From Promethearchaeota archaeon (GTDB lineage: Archaea; Asgardarchaeota; Lokiarchaeia; Sigyniarchaeales; SOKP01): a stretch of 64,000 bases of DNA. Position numbers and translations under genes: made by a program. The stretch covers positions 1 to 64,000 of the forward strand of contig JAFGGO010000027.1 in the NCBI GenBank assembly GCA_016930515.1. Reading direction: 5' to 3'. Below the pieces are notes generated by a model, which saw only the letters and a list, made by a program, of their open reading frames with translations, was not told where the DNA came from and did no database searches. Shown in pieces: positions 29,801 through 40,796 of this stretch; position 1 is the stretch's first letter; every line of letters starts with the position of its first letter.

Positions 29801-30676
29801 TTACTTGAGTTGCTCGACATTATTAGCTATTGCTAATATTAATAATGACGCAATAATGAGTAATGGGGGAATAGTTGCTTCCATATGAGGCCACCCCATT
29901 GTATCAAAAACACCTTGAAAGATTCTTCCAGCGAAATATAGCAAGAAACCAAGTCCATTAAGAGCGTATGATTTTCTTAATACTCCAAAAGTCTTCCATG
30001 CTAAGTAGAAAAACATTAATGGAATAAGAAATACTAATAAAGGAGAAAAAACGAAATTATTTAGAAACCTTCCACCTGGTGTTTTTCCTATTAAATACGC
30101 AGATTGATCATACCCCATTTGATAAGCTATATTATAATCAGGGTCTAAAAATAATTCATTATTAAGCAAGAGAACGGAAATGCCAACAATAATAGGAATT
30201 AATATCAAAATTCCTCTCACGATTAACCTTCGCTTGTCGTTATTAAAAAAAACAACTAAATCTTGCTTAATTTTCGATTCTTCTTTGATTTCTCTCTCTT
30301 TATCAACAGGTGTGGGAAGCAACAAAATTCCTAATACTCCCATAGCAGAGGCAATTCCCATCCATGTGAAAAATGTGGCAAGTCTATAAACCGTTAACAA
30401 GAGTTCCCCGGTAACAGGCGATCCTATTGGATTTTCTACTGAAGCAGCTGGATCGGGAAGGAAAAAATAATAGAGCATGAAAAAGATCCTTCCTATAGCA
30501 AGAGCTAAAGTAACTCCCGCAAAATATATCCAATACATCTTTTTTGAAGTTCTAAACTTGAGTATAAAATAAAAAAACAACAATATATAATACCCAATAA
30601 CAATGAAATATAATCCTAATTCAATAGCGCCCCAATTTGTAAGTCCCATATCATAGCTAGGAATTGCATTTATCAT
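29801..30676 (-). CDS. Orphan 7-TM membrane protein
   Basis: About 7 TM segments; GRIFF and GVLRKS..NGLGFLLYFAG; no output domain. Confidence 0.75.
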   Translation of the reverse strand: MINAIPSYDMGLTNWGAIELGLYFIVIGYYILLFFYFILKFRTSKKMYWIYFAGVTLALAIGRIFFMLYYFFLPDPAASVENPIGSPVTGELLLTVYRLATFFTWMGIASAMGVLGILLLPTPVDKEREIKEESKIKQDLVVFFNNDKRRLIVRGILILIPIIVGISVLLLNNELFLDPDYNIAYQMGYDQSAYLIGKTPGGRFLNNFVFSPLLVFLIPLMFFYLAWKTFGVLRKSYALNGLGFLLYFAGRIFQGVFDTMGWPHMEATIPPLLIIASLLILAIANNVEQLK

Positions 30677-30811
30677 GTTTAAACACCATTAATAGATCTA
30701 ATTTTTATAGTTATAATTTATTATAAAACAATCTTATTTAATTCTTTAGATATCTCAAAATACAAATATCATTATTAATTTTTCTACTTATTAAAAAATA
30801 ATATCAAGCTC

Positions 30812-32302
30812 ATGATCGTTGAAGACAACATAGAAACGTTCAATTCCTTGATTAAGCGTCGAGGATTCATATGGGGGCCTTCCCCAGAGATATATGGTGG
30901 ATTAGCTGGGTTTTATTCTTATGGTCCGGCTGGAATGGAATTAAAAAATAATGTCCTTTCGAAATTTCGAAGCGAACTGAGGGCATTGGGTTTTGGAGAA
31001 GTAGAATGTCCAACAATCATGCCCGAGATCGTATGGCAAGCTTCAGGACATTTAGAGCGATTTATAGATCCCGTTCTCAAATGCGAAAAATGTAACACCT
31101 TGTATAGGGCAGATAAATACTTGCAGGAAATGCTCCCCGATACGATGATCGACGGGCTTTCGTTTGAAAAAATGGAAGAATTGATCCAAAAAAATGAATT
31201 AAAATGTCCTAAATGCGATTCCGAATTCAATAAAATAGAAGAATACAATTTAATGCTCAAGACATCGGTTGGAAACGATAAGATCGCTTATTTACGCCCC
31301 GAAACGGCCACCACAACCTATTTATTGTTTAACCTTTTAAACCAAGATGCAAGGAGACAATATCCAATTAAAGTGTTCCAATACGGTAAGGCATATCGAA
31401 ATGAAATATCTCCGAGGCAATTGGTTCTCAGGATGAGAGCATTCGACCAATTCGAATTGCAGCTTTTTATAGGAAAAGATCAGGAAATGAATTTTGAAGA
31501 TTACGAAGATATTAAAACGAGCAATATACCCCTAATCGATTGGAAAATGCAAGAAAAAAACATTGACATTCCTAAGATGACTTCGCTCGAAGAAGCACTA
31601 GAGAAAAAAATCCTAAAAAAACCCGCATACGCATATTGTCTTAATCTGGGGTATAATTTAACGATGCAATTAGGATTTCCAGAAACCGTAGTGCGTTTTA
31701 GACAACACTCTCCGGACGAAAGAGCTCATTACGCAGATGACGCGTGGGATTTGGAGGTCAATACGACGCAATTTGGATGGGTTGAAATCTGCGGTATTCA
31801 CGATAGAACCGATTACGACCTCAAGAGACATGGGGAATTTTCTGGGCAATCCTTTGAAATAAGCATGAATGAAGATCCTAAAGTTAAAGAGGTGCCTCAA
31901 ATTCTCGAAATTGCGTTTGGTATTGATAGAATTATTTATACCCTGCTTGAAAATACATTCAACGTCGAAGAGGGGAGGATCAACCTCAAATTAAATTGTT
32001 CAATGGCACCTAATACCGTGGCCGTCTTTCCCTTGGTAAAAAATAAGTCCGATATCTTAAAACTCGCAAGAGATGTTCACTTGAACCTGCTTAAACATCG
32101 AATCAAATCGTTTTTCGATTCAGCGGGATCGATTGGAAAAAGGTATAGAAGACAAGATGAGTTAGGCACACCATTTTGCCTAACGATCGATTACCAGTCA
32201 CTCGAAGATAACACGGTAACTTTTAGGGATCGCGATTCCATGCAACAAGTTAGGGTAAACATATCTGACCTTCCAGAACTCATTAGGAAAAAATGCAATT
32301 AA
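30812..32302 (+). CDS. glyS: Glycine--tRNA ligase (alpha2, archaeal/eukaryotic type)
   Basis: KRRGF..EIYGG, YLRPETA, YRNEISPRQ, AHYA, GWVEICG..DRTDYDL, SIGKRYRRQDELGTP. Confidence 0.96.
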   Translation: MIVEDNIETFNSLIKRRGFIWGPSPEIYGGLAGFYSYGPAGMELKNNVLSKFRSELRALGFGEVECPTIMPEIVWQASGHLERFIDPVLKCEKCNTLYRADKYLQEMLPDTMIDGLSFEKMEELIQKNELKCPKCDSEFNKIEEYNLMLKTSVGNDKIAYLRPETATTTYLLFNLLNQDARRQYPIKVFQYGKAYRNEISPRQLVLRMRAFDQFELQLFIGKDQEMNFEDYEDIKTSNIPLIDWKMQEKNIDIPKMTSLEEALEKKILKKPAYAYCLNLGYNLTMQLGFPETVVRFRQHSPDERAHYADDAWDLEVNTTQFGWVEICGIHDRTDYDLKRHGEFSGQSFEISMNEDPKVKEVPQILEIAFGIDRIIYTLLENTFNVEEGRINLKLNCSMAPNTVAVFPLVKNKSDILKLARDVHLNLLKHRIKSFFDSAGSIGKRYRRQDELGTPFCLTIDYQSLEDNTVTFRDRDSMQQVRVNISDLPELIRKKCN

Positions 32303-32378
32303 AAAAAAAACTTATTTAATCAAGAAATCTTTTCATACTAAATTAAATTGCATATATATACACTAAAAGTTAGCACCA

Positions 32379-35084
32379 ATGAGTCAATTCAGGTTTTATC
32401 CTTCTAAAAAGATAACGAGAATAAATTCTCGTTTTTTACAAAAGATGGCTGGTCTTACAGTTGCTCTAATCGTTTTCGCAAGCATTTTTGCAGCTTCTAT
32501 TCCACGACCTATGAATAATACAATCTTAGATGAAGGTGTTGATGTCTACAAGCCACTCGATTTAGATACATCATTAATTCCCGCAAGTTATTTATTGTGT
32601 CCTTATACAACAAATATGAGCAAGGTGTACGATTTCTTCCAAGGGAACTTTAGAACTCCTCATTCAAATTTACTTTATTATAGGTCAGGAAACGAAGATG
32701 GTACTTCCTTCTACGAAGATATCACTTATTCCCTCGATAACTTGCTCTTTTATAAGACGCTTCCCAAATACGATGAAGAATACGATGAGGCAGATGTTCT
32801 TAATGCTTATATAAATCTATTAACCACGAACTTAAAATATGATAGCGGAAATGTTTTTATTCATTCGATAAATGGAACTACTGGTGAGATAGTTGATGGG
32901 GATCGATATTTGATGGATAACTTAATGCCCATCTTTTTATTGTTAGAAAATTACAATCCAAGCGTAAAAACATATATTGAAAACATAAACACCTTCCTCG
33001 GAACTGATCTTTGGGATGTAGGAAATTATGGGTATTATCACTCTAATTCCTCAACCTCGTCCAAGTTTGCGATAGACAATTTGTACGCTGTCTTAGCTAA
33101 CTTGTTGATTTATCGATCCTATTCAAGCCTCTCGCTCGGAACAAATGCTTACGAATCAGCAAATAAAACAATAGATAAGTTAATGGCTAATATGTGGGAT
33201 AATGATCCCGATGAAGAAGGATTTTTTATAGTTAATGACCAAGATTGGACCGATCTGGGGGGTTCTAACAACAATAAACAACTCGATGTGAACGCAGTTG
33301 GGATAATGGCGCTCGTGGATTATTACATGACAACTAACAAGAGTACTTACTTGGACAACGCAACTCTCCTATATAATAGAATTGATGCTAACTTATGGGT
33401 GTCGGGAGAAGGCTATTTAGATACTGCGGGAGCTGATTATTGGAATACACCTAGTAATATAACTATAAGTTCAGAATCAAACGCTCTCATGATGCAAGCT
33501 TGCTTGAAGCTTTTTGAAGCCACGGGTAACATGACTTATTACGACAAGGCTTACGAGCTATTTCAATGCTTCGAAACCAACTTTTACGACATTAATAACA
33601 ACGCTTACGATTTTATTTCTCCCTACTATGGAGGGAGCACCAATAAGAATATTACATCAAACTTGAGGGTTATTGAGGCTAACTTGAAAGCTTCTGATAT
33701 TTATTACTCGTTCGACCTAGAAGCGAACTATGACGAAGATCTGGAAGGCGTTCCTAACTTTATTTTAGAGGAAGACGCAATGAATATAACTTCTCGATTG
33801 AGCTATCAAGCATATCAGGGTAAGATCTATTACTCAAATATCCCTATAAATTATACTATTAGAGAATCTAATGATAATGGTATTGGATGGACAGTAATAA
33901 ACGAAACCAGCGGTATTACAAACGATTTAAATAAATCTCACGAATTATCATACGAAATTACCGAATCAATGCCCGTAAAAGAGAATTATTCCGTATTAAT
34001 ATATGTATACTCGGAAAAATATGTGCTTGAAACAACCGAGTTATTTTTTGATGTATCCTCTGGACTCGTGGTTGTTGGTTCAATAACTGGACTTGAGGAA
34101 ATTCTCTATCAAGGACCAACCTTGAATGTGACGATTGCCATTAACAATACCAGGAGGAACGACATAATTTTAAATACTACGCTCAATAGTGTTAATATAG
34201 AAAATCAATCAATATCAAATATTTTATTCTCGACAAGTAATCTTACTTACATTTCTTTCAATCTCACAACTAACGACAACGCAGCTCTTGGAGACGATGA
34301 TTTGATCTTCCAATTCAAAAAAGGTAGCGTTTTGTATTTTGAAAAACTCGTTCCTATTACAATTGGTGATTCGTTCAAATATTCACCCTTAATTTACAGT
34401 ATGAAGGTAGTAAATGGAGAATCGCTATATATAGCCTTTAACTTGATAAATTATTTACCGAAGGATCCTCAATCGATAAATCTTAGTTTCTCGGGAAATT
34501 CCATCGATCCATTCCTTGAAGAAATTACTTTAACAGCGTTAGAATCAAAACCCATAAATGTACAATTAAATGTTACAGGTGCCGATACTGAATATATCGT
34601 GATGAACCTTTCGAAAAACGATGTAGTGTATTATACAGAGACACTCGAAATTAAAATCGTACCATTGATAGAAATCGTTTCATGGTCTGCTCCAAGTTCA
34701 ACACCCCAATGGGAGCATTCCCGAATAATTTTACGATTAGTATATAACGGAAATAATCCAGAACGATATTCACTATCACTTATTGATCAAAATACAGATC
34801 AAGGAGTTGTAATCACCAAACTCCTTACCAAAGGAGAAAATAAGATCGAGGCGTCTATGGTGTCAACATTAAATCCTTACGAATATGGCGTGAAAAGTTA
34901 TCGCTTCGAATTGAAAGATAGCGAAGGAAACATAATAACTTCCAATTTTTTCGAAGTTACCATTGAATTATCAATGACCGCGTTGTTCTTGTGTTATATA
35001 TTACCTATCTCCATACCAATTGCGCTTATATTAATCTATAAGAATAAAGAATTAAAAAATAAACTATTAAGAAGATCAAAATGA
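32379..35084 (+). CDS. Membrane-anchored surface protein with (alpha/alpha)6 glycosidase-like domain and beta-sandwich domains
   Basis: N-terminal signal/TM; repeats such as LDVNAVGIMALVDYYMTT..YLDNA..LW and NALMMQACLKLFEATG..YYDKA; many N-x-S/T sequons; C-terminal TM + basic tail. Confidence 0.6.
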   Translation: MSQFRFYPSKKITRINSRFLQKMAGLTVALIVFASIFAASIPRPMNNTILDEGVDVYKPLDLDTSLIPASYLLCPYTTNMSKVYDFFQGNFRTPHSNLLYYRSGNEDGTSFYEDITYSLDNLLFYKTLPKYDEEYDEADVLNAYINLLTTNLKYDSGNVFIHSINGTTGEIVDGDRYLMDNLMPIFLLLENYNPSVKTYIENINTFLGTDLWDVGNYGYYHSNSSTSSKFAIDNLYAVLANLLIYRSYSSLSLGTNAYESANKTIDKLMANMWDNDPDEEGFFIVNDQDWTDLGGSNNNKQLDVNAVGIMALVDYYMTTNKSTYLDNATLLYNRIDANLWVSGEGYLDTAGADYWNTPSNITISSESNALMMQACLKLFEATGNMTYYDKAYELFQCFETNFYDINNNAYDFISPYYGGSTNKNITSNLRVIEANLKASDIYYSFDLEANYDEDLEGVPNFILEEDAMNITSRLSYQAYQGKIYYSNIPINYTIRESNDNGIGWTVINETSGITNDLNKSHELSYEITESMPVKENYSVLIYVYSEKYVLETTELFFDVSSGLVVVGSITGLEEILYQGPTLNVTIAINNTRRNDIILNTTLNSVNIENQSISNILFSTSNLTYISFNLTTNDNAALGDDDLIFQFKKGSVLYFEKLVPITIGDSFKYSPLIYSMKVVNGESLYIAFNLINYLPKDPQSINLSFSGNSIDPFLEEITLTALESKPINVQLNVTGADTEYIVMNLSKNDVVYYTETLEIKIVPLIEIVSWSAPSSTPQWEHSRIILRLVYNGNNPERYSLSLIDQNTDQGVVITKLLTKGENKIEASMVSTLNPYEYGVKSYRFELKDSEGNIITSNFFEVTIELSMTALFLCYILPISIPIALILIYKNKELKNKLLRRSK

Positions 35085-36799
35085 CTAGAAACATCAAAAT
35101 TCGCAGTTTAAGCCTAATTTTTATCCTGGTTTTTAGTTTCTCTTTGGTTTGCTCGGTTTTATCCGTAAATCAAGCGAACAATGGATATAATAATAATGCA
35201 CTTGGACGAGATCTTGATTTAAAAGCTTCTTTTGGCGCTTTAGATCCAACTGACATTGAGATCAACGGTTCCGCTATTTACCGTCATTTCCAATGTTTAA
35301 ACATTTCGGTAAACACGACATCTATATGGGGTGCGACAGTAGATAATGTTGACATGGAAATAAGCTTCAGCAATGGTACGGTTTCTATATTTTCAATGGA
35401 TGATTTTATATCTGAAAATTATTATAGTGAGATATATTCTCCGGGAAGAAATGCTCCGCTTGGGATGCAAACGGTTCGCTTTTACGCAAAAAACGGTAGT
35501 ATCATTCTGAATGATGACAATACGACTAAATCGTTTTGGATAAAACCAAATTGCGAAGTAACTCTTGATTCTCCAGAAGGATATTACCTTGACGAGACCG
35601 TATCTGGACTTATCACGGCAATAAACGAGAGCATGTCAACTTACGATTGGAACTCGTGGAATGTGTCTATAATGGACGCTCAATTTTCAGAAAAATTTGC
35701 GTTGTCAGGTACGAGTCTAGAAGATTTTACTTTTCAAATTAATAATACTTATTTCACTGATTTTAACTCGTATTATTATGTTGCGGTTGAATTGAATAAA
35801 GACGACACCACTCAAAAAGCGATCTCGTATTTTACTTTCAAACTGCTTAATTACAATCCGGAAATAGATCCTTCAAGCATATCTATACCGGCAGAAATCC
35901 TGAGATCCAACAGTGATAACGCTAAAATCATCGTAAATGTTTCTGATTACGAAGAAAATCCTATATATTTAAATGTCTCAGTTGCATTCCAGCACGATCT
36001 TTTTACATCCGATTTAATTCCACTCCTTAATAACAACGGAAGTGGCGTGTTTGAAGGTGAATTTTCAATAGAATATGATCTTCCGATTGGAGATTATGTA
36101 GTTAATATAACAGCTAGAGACAGCTATGGTGGTATTGGTTGTTATGTATATTCAAGTTATTTATCAGTTTTAAACAACCCTCCCATAATAGAAACTTACT
36201 ACATTAACGGCGCTCCAGCTTCGAGCGGAATTTCAATTTATTATGGGACCGATATCGTATTCACGTTCAATATCTCTGATGTAGAAAGTGATCCTCTTTA
36301 TGTGAAAGTTGCGTTAGTAGATCCACACAATCACTGGGTTAATTCAACCTCAGAATACGCCGAAAACATGAAAATAATCGTAAGAACCACCGATTTAGTA
36401 ACTGGAATTTGGTATATATATATCTATGTAACGGATGCTGACGGAGCAGTTGTTAGTCTTACCGATGATTATGGAAATGCTCCTAGCTCTTTAACTATAG
36501 TTCCAGATTTATTAAGCGCAGTTTTGCCTTGGATTGCTTTAGTTGTTGGATTACTACTCGGTATTCTTGTTGGTTTTGGTATCGGATATTATAAAATTAA
36601 GTCTAAAAACGGAGAACCAAGAGTTAAAGGTACTCTAAAGAAGAAATTGATTTCTCAAAAAAGTACTAAAGATGTTTCTTCTGAAGTAATAGATGCTCAA
36701 GAACCTAAAAAAGACGAAGAGACAAAAAAGACAAAAACCGAGCCCCAAGAACCAGAACAACGTAAAACTCAACAAAGAAAGATAAAAAGAAAATTATAA
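35081..36799 (+). CDS. Single-pass surface protein with Ig/cadherin-like domains and charged cytoplasmic tail
   Basis: Signal peptide; NYNPEI..VNVSDYE, NNPPII..NISDVE, GDYVVNITARD; TM; K/E-rich tail; ATGA overlap with the previous gene. Confidence 0.65.
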   Translation: MTRNIKIRSLSLIFILVFSFSLVCSVLSVNQANNGYNNNALGRDLDLKASFGALDPTDIEINGSAIYRHFQCLNISVNTTSIWGATVDNVDMEISFSNGTVSIFSMDDFISENYYSEIYSPGRNAPLGMQTVRFYAKNGSIILNDDNTTKSFWIKPNCEVTLDSPEGYYLDETVSGLITAINESMSTYDWNSWNVSIMDAQFSEKFALSGTSLEDFTFQINNTYFTDFNSYYYVAVELNKDDTTQKAISYFTFKLLNYNPEIDPSSISIPAEILRSNSDNAKIIVNVSDYEENPIYLNVSVAFQHDLFTSDLIPLLNNNGSGVFEGEFSIEYDLPIGDYVVNITARDSYGGIGCYVYSSYLSVLNNPPIIETYYINGAPASSGISIYYGTDIVFTFNISDVESDPLYVKVALVDPHNHWVNSTSEYAENMKIIVRTTDLVTGIWYIYIYVTDADGAVVSLTDDYGNAPSSLTIVPDLLSAVLPWIALVVGLLLGILVGFGIGYYKIKSKNGEPRVKGTLKKKLISQKSTKDVSSEVIDAQEPKKDEETKKTKTEPQEPEQRKTQQRKIKRKL

Positions 36800-36835
36800 A
36801 AAAAAAATATCTTTACTTATTCTTTTTTTTAGCTT

Positions 36836-37750
36836 TTAACTTAATCCTAAGTCATGTAATTTATATTGGAACTTGCCCAATTTTCCCCCATAATTACCAG
36901 CAGAGATTCTTCTTACACCAGGTACTTTAACTGCGGCTTCGATTCCAAGTTTCATTGCTTTTTTTATCACGTCTTCCGTAGCACCATCTAAAATAATCTC
37001 GTAGACGCATTCATCGCCTTCTTTTAGTAAAGAGTTTTCAATCTTGCTCTTTAATGTTGGACAAAGAGGATCGTTTGTGGATGCCCCCAAGAAAGAGTAT
37101 TGGGATCCAACTTTAGAACCAGAACGAGCAATTCCTCCTGGAAAAGGAGCTATCACATTTTCTAGGTCCTTAATGGCTTCGATCGCCTTTTCGGCAGCTT
37201 CTAACCCAGAATCTTGGTCTTTTGATATAATAAGAAAATTACCTCCAGCAATTCCTTTCCCAGCTTTAGCAATGCTTTGTATGATAAATTCTCCATCCAT
37301 TACGGGGATTTTCCACGCCTCAAAAGGATAAACGCCTTCTAATTTTTCCTCGTACTTATCACCGAAATAACGCAAGTTTGCTCCTATCTTTGCTTCAAAC
37401 TCTTTCTCTGGTTCTAAAGAACCTTTTAAAGCGTCAAAACACGCCGTGGTAGGGCATGTGAGAACGCATTGTCCCAAGCGATTCATGAGGATAGTTCCAA
37501 CTTGTTTTTTGTCTTGAATGAAGAACATTACGATAACTCCTGGTCTCTTATCTGGGGTCTTATCCGCTGGAACCATCACATCAATGGCCGCTTCCGCATC
37601 GCAGTGGATTGTGGATGTACCATAACCAGTGGTTACCTGTGCCGCAATCCTTGCCCATTTTTCATTCTTGGCAGTGATTAAAATTCTAGCAAAAAATCCT
37701 CCAAAAGCCTCGCAATATGTATCTTCTATTTCTACTCCGTTTAATTCCAT
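36836..37750 (-). CDS. ftr: Formylmethanofuran--tetrahydromethanopterin N-formyltransferase
   Basis: NGVEIEDTYCEAF, GQCVLTCPTTA, GIAGGNF, PFPGGIARSGSK, ISAGNYGGKLG. Confidence 0.96.
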   Translation of the reverse strand: MELNGVEIEDTYCEAFGGFFARILITAKNEKWARIAAQVTTGYGTSTIHCDAEAAIDVMVPADKTPDKRPGVIVMFFIQDKKQVGTILMNRLGQCVLTCPTTACFDALKGSLEPEKEFEAKIGANLRYFGDKYEEKLEGVYPFEAWKIPVMDGEFIIQSIAKAGKGIAGGNFLIISKDQDSGLEAAEKAIEAIKDLENVIAPFPGGIARSGSKVGSQYSFLGASTNDPLCPTLKSKIENSLLKEGDECVYEIILDGATEDVIKKAMKLGIEAAVKVPGVRRISAGNYGGKLGKFQYKLHDLGLS

Positions 37751-37922
37751 TCTTACACACTTTTAATAATTGTTTATTGACAATAAAATGTAATTTTATG
37801 TCATTTCTAAATTCTCCTCATTTAAAAATGATTCTGATTTTGAACATTCGGGTTATAAACCTTAAAAAGTTTCGAAAATTTAGGAAGTTAACGATATAAA
37901 TTTGATATTTTAATTGGTTAAT

Positions 37923-38762
37923 ATGAGCGAAGATAAAATTTTAAAAATCGGTATTTTAAAAAACGGAACTATCGGGTCATCCTTATTGCTCGCGTTTCTT
38001 TTGGATGAGAGGGCTGAAGGACAGCGTATAAGCGTCGTGGAAGTTACCTCGGGACCCAAGATGCACCCTCCAGAGGTTTGCACGACAGTAATGGAAAAAT
38101 TATTGGAAATGAAACCTGAGTTAATCATCATGTCAAGCCCAAATGCGGCTTTAAAGGGGCCTAAAGCATGTAGAGATATGGCCGGACACATACCAACAAT
38201 AGTTATTTCTGATGCGCCAGCAAAAAAGGCGGTTGATGAGATAAAGGAAAAGGGAATGGGATACATATTGGTTGACGCAGACTCGATGATTGGTGCCCGT
38301 CGTCCTTTCTTGGATCCTGTAGAAATGAGCATTTTTAATTCGGATTTGTTAAAAGTTCTAGCAATTTCGGGAGCTTTGAGTGTTATTGCATTTGAACTCA
38401 ACAAGGTAATCATGGACATGCTCGAAGGTAAAACTCCAACGCTTCCAGAAATAATTATCGATTCCAAAACTGCAGTCAAGGCTGCAGGATTCTCAAATCC
38501 TTACGCCGAGGCAAAGGTTATTGCCGCATACGAATTGGCTTCCTCTGTATCTAAAGTTACTGGCAAAGCATGTTTTCAATTAAAAGAAAGAGAGGATTAC
38601 ATGCCATTGCTAGCAGCCGCACACGAAATGATGAAAACTGCTGCAGAACTATGCGTACAAGCGAGAGAAATTGAGAAAAGCAACGACACGGTCCTTAGGA
38701 CGCCTCATCACGCGAAACAACACTTCCTCAAGAAGGTCAAGCTTCACGATAAAGAAGAGTGA
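37923..38762 (+). CDS. mtd: F420-dependent methylene-H4MPT dehydrogenase
   Basis: LLDERA, SGPKM, SPNAALKGP, DSMIGARRPFLDPVEM..FNSD, FSNPYA, LRTPH. Confidence 0.95.
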   Translation: MSEDKILKIGILKNGTIGSSLLLAFLLDERAEGQRISVVEVTSGPKMHPPEVCTTVMEKLLEMKPELIIMSSPNAALKGPKACRDMAGHIPTIVISDAPAKKAVDEIKEKGMGYILVDADSMIGARRPFLDPVEMSIFNSDLLKVLAISGALSVIAFELNKVIMDMLEGKTPTLPEIIIDSKTAVKAAGFSNPYAEAKVIAAYELASSVSKVTGKACFQLKEREDYMPLLAAAHEMMKTAAELCVQAREIEKSNDTVLRTPHHAKQHFLKKVKLHDKEE

Positions 38763-38873
38763 AATTGTAGTATTACACCTTCTTTTTTGTATTTTTTTTA
38801 TTTTATTTTATTCAAAATATGATATATTAAACAATAATATAAAAAGGAAACAAGAATGATTAAGATATGAAAA

Positions 38874-39824
38874 TTAAATAGAGCTTCTCAAAAAGTCTTC
38901 AAGATTCTTGAGTTCTTCTCCATTCAAGGCGTTCATGACACCATTGAAAACTTCGGGTTTTTTATTTTTTGTAACGGCCATGATTACTCCAACATCTTCG
39001 AGTTGTTTGATAAGCACATAAGAATCGTCAGATTCGTAAACGATAGTTGATAACGAAAGAGGTGATGGATTCGTGTTTACGAGCAGCATGACTTTTGAAT
39101 AAATCTGATAAAGATTAGAGTCTAATGTTCCCATTTCCAATTTCATAAATTGTAGTGGTTTACTATCGAATTTTCCTATAGTTGAAGCGATGAGCAAGCC
39201 ATCTGGCTGGTTGAATAACATGTATTCTGAGAGCGATTCTGATTTCAATTCGTTTAACAAATGTCTTATCTTTCCTAATCTTTGCATGGATAATGTGTTT
39301 TTTTGAATCTCGTAATCTAAAATTTCAATTAGTCTGTGTTGGGCGCTCCCTTCCTTTACGGATACGGGAGTAAAAACAATCTTTTCTTTAATTTCTTTTT
39401 CCAAGTCTTTTGATAGAATCTCGTAGTAATCGTCTTCCCTAGAATTGTCCAAGTCAATCTTGTTCAATAATACATATATCTTATCTACATGGGGGCTAAA
39501 TTCCCATACATACGTGTGAAATTTATCGAAGATATCTTTTACATTAGCCTCTGGAGCAGCAGTATCCACCATAAATATTGCCGTGGTAATCTCTGAAAAG
39601 ATCAACTCGCGTTGGGATTCAGAAAAATACCTTTCCATGTAGCGTTCTTGCCCTCCAGCGTCCCAAATGTTTAACTCCATGATACCTCGAAAGATAAAAT
39701 TTTCTCGAGAAACGCCTTTGGTCGGCTTGAGGTTTATGACTTTCATGAAATTATATCCGAGACAAGTTGTTCTCATCAAGCTTGTTTTTCCCGCGTTTTG
39801 AGGACCAAAAATGAGAATTTTCAC
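38874..39824 (-). CDS. Rag/Gtr-like small GTPase with C-terminal roadblock-like domain
   Basis: G1 GPQNAGKTS, G2 PT, G3 WDAGGQ, G4 NKID; C-terminal FNQPDGLLIAST; AGGAGG upstream. Confidence 0.88.
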   Translation of the reverse strand: MKILIFGPQNAGKTSLMRTTCLGYNFMKVINLKPTKGVSRENFIFRGIMELNIWDAGGQERYMERYFSESQRELIFSEITTAIFMVDTAAPEANVKDIFDKFHTYVWEFSPHVDKIYVLLNKIDLDNSREDDYYEILSKDLEKEIKEKIVFTPVSVKEGSAQHRLIEILDYEIQKNTLSMQRLGKIRHLLNELKSESLSEYMLFNQPDGLLIASTIGKFDSKPLQFMKLEMGTLDSNLYQIYSKVMLLVNTNPSPLSLSTIVYESDDSYVLIKQLEDVGVIMAVTKNKKPEVFNGVMNALNGEELKNLEDFLRSSI

Positions 39825-40219
39825 GATCTGATACCTCCTTGACTAATGGTTGTTTTAAAGGTCATTTTTTTTAAGTATTGTGCGTGATGGTTTATAAATT
39901 TCATAATCAAGCGTGAATTATGTTTTAATATTTTCAGAATTATATTCCTTTTTTTAAAATATTATACTAATTTTTGCTATTTAATATTTTTCTTTTTTTC
40001 GCCTTCTTTTCTTTTTATTTTATAAATACTCACTTGAATCGCATATGAAATCTCATTTAGAACTAGATAAACTCATTTTTCCCTCTAATTCTATCAATAG
40101 TTGAAATGTTTTAAGGATTGATAAAAACTCGAGGGACAAGAGCGATTGAAATAAATATAATTAAATATTTTGTTTTTTAAGTATTCAAAATGCACGATAA
40201 AAAAACGAGAATGAGAAAA

Positions 40220-40747
40220 ATGGATCTTTTAAAATACATACGCAATGTACCTAATTGGCCAAAAGAAGGAATTCAATTCAAGGATATAACGACATTATGC
40301 GTGGCACCCGAAGCTTTTAAAGAGGCTTGCGATCGATTAGTTACACATTACAAGGGAAAGGGAATCACTAAAGTTGCGGCGATTGAAGCGAGAGGATATG
40401 TCTTTGGATCAGTCATCGCCTATTTAATAAACGCAGGTTTCGTACTTGTCAGAAAGCCAGGAAAACTGCCCGCCGACACAATACAAGAAACTTACGAGCT
40501 TGAATATGGAACTGATACCATCGAGATGCACAAGGGCTCGATCAAAGAGGGTGAAAAAGTCCTCATTATAGACGACTTATTAGCAACTGGTGGAACCGCA
40601 AAAGCTGCAGCAAATTTGGTTGAAAAAGCTGGAGGTGTCGTTGCAGGAATCGGGTTCGTGATTGAGCTCACGGGGAGCTTACGCGGGCGGGAAAAACTTG
40701 AAGGATACGAAATATTTTCGTTATTAGATATCTCTGTAGAAGAGTAA
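40220..40747 (+). CDS. apt: Adenine phosphoribosyltransferase
   Basis: PNWPKEGIQFKDIT, IEARG, VRKPGKLP, YELEYG, IIDDLLATGGT; start chosen by family length (alternatives 40190, 40211). Confidence 0.95.
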   Translation: MDLLKYIRNVPNWPKEGIQFKDITTLCVAPEAFKEACDRLVTHYKGKGITKVAAIEARGYVFGSVIAYLINAGFVLVRKPGKLPADTIQETYELEYGTDTIEMHKGSIKEGEKVLIIDDLLATGGTAKAAANLVEKAGGVVAGIGFVIELTGSLRGREKLEGYEIFSLLDISVEE

Positions 40748-40796
40748 TTTTTTTAATATCTGATTTTAAACTCTTTTTTATTTTTTAACATTAGTT

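Noticed and set aside
37910-38479. 189-aa antisense ORF and the many other short antisense or nested ORFs in the track
   Set aside because: They lie opposite or inside well-supported genes and lack motifs; treated as shadow ORFs
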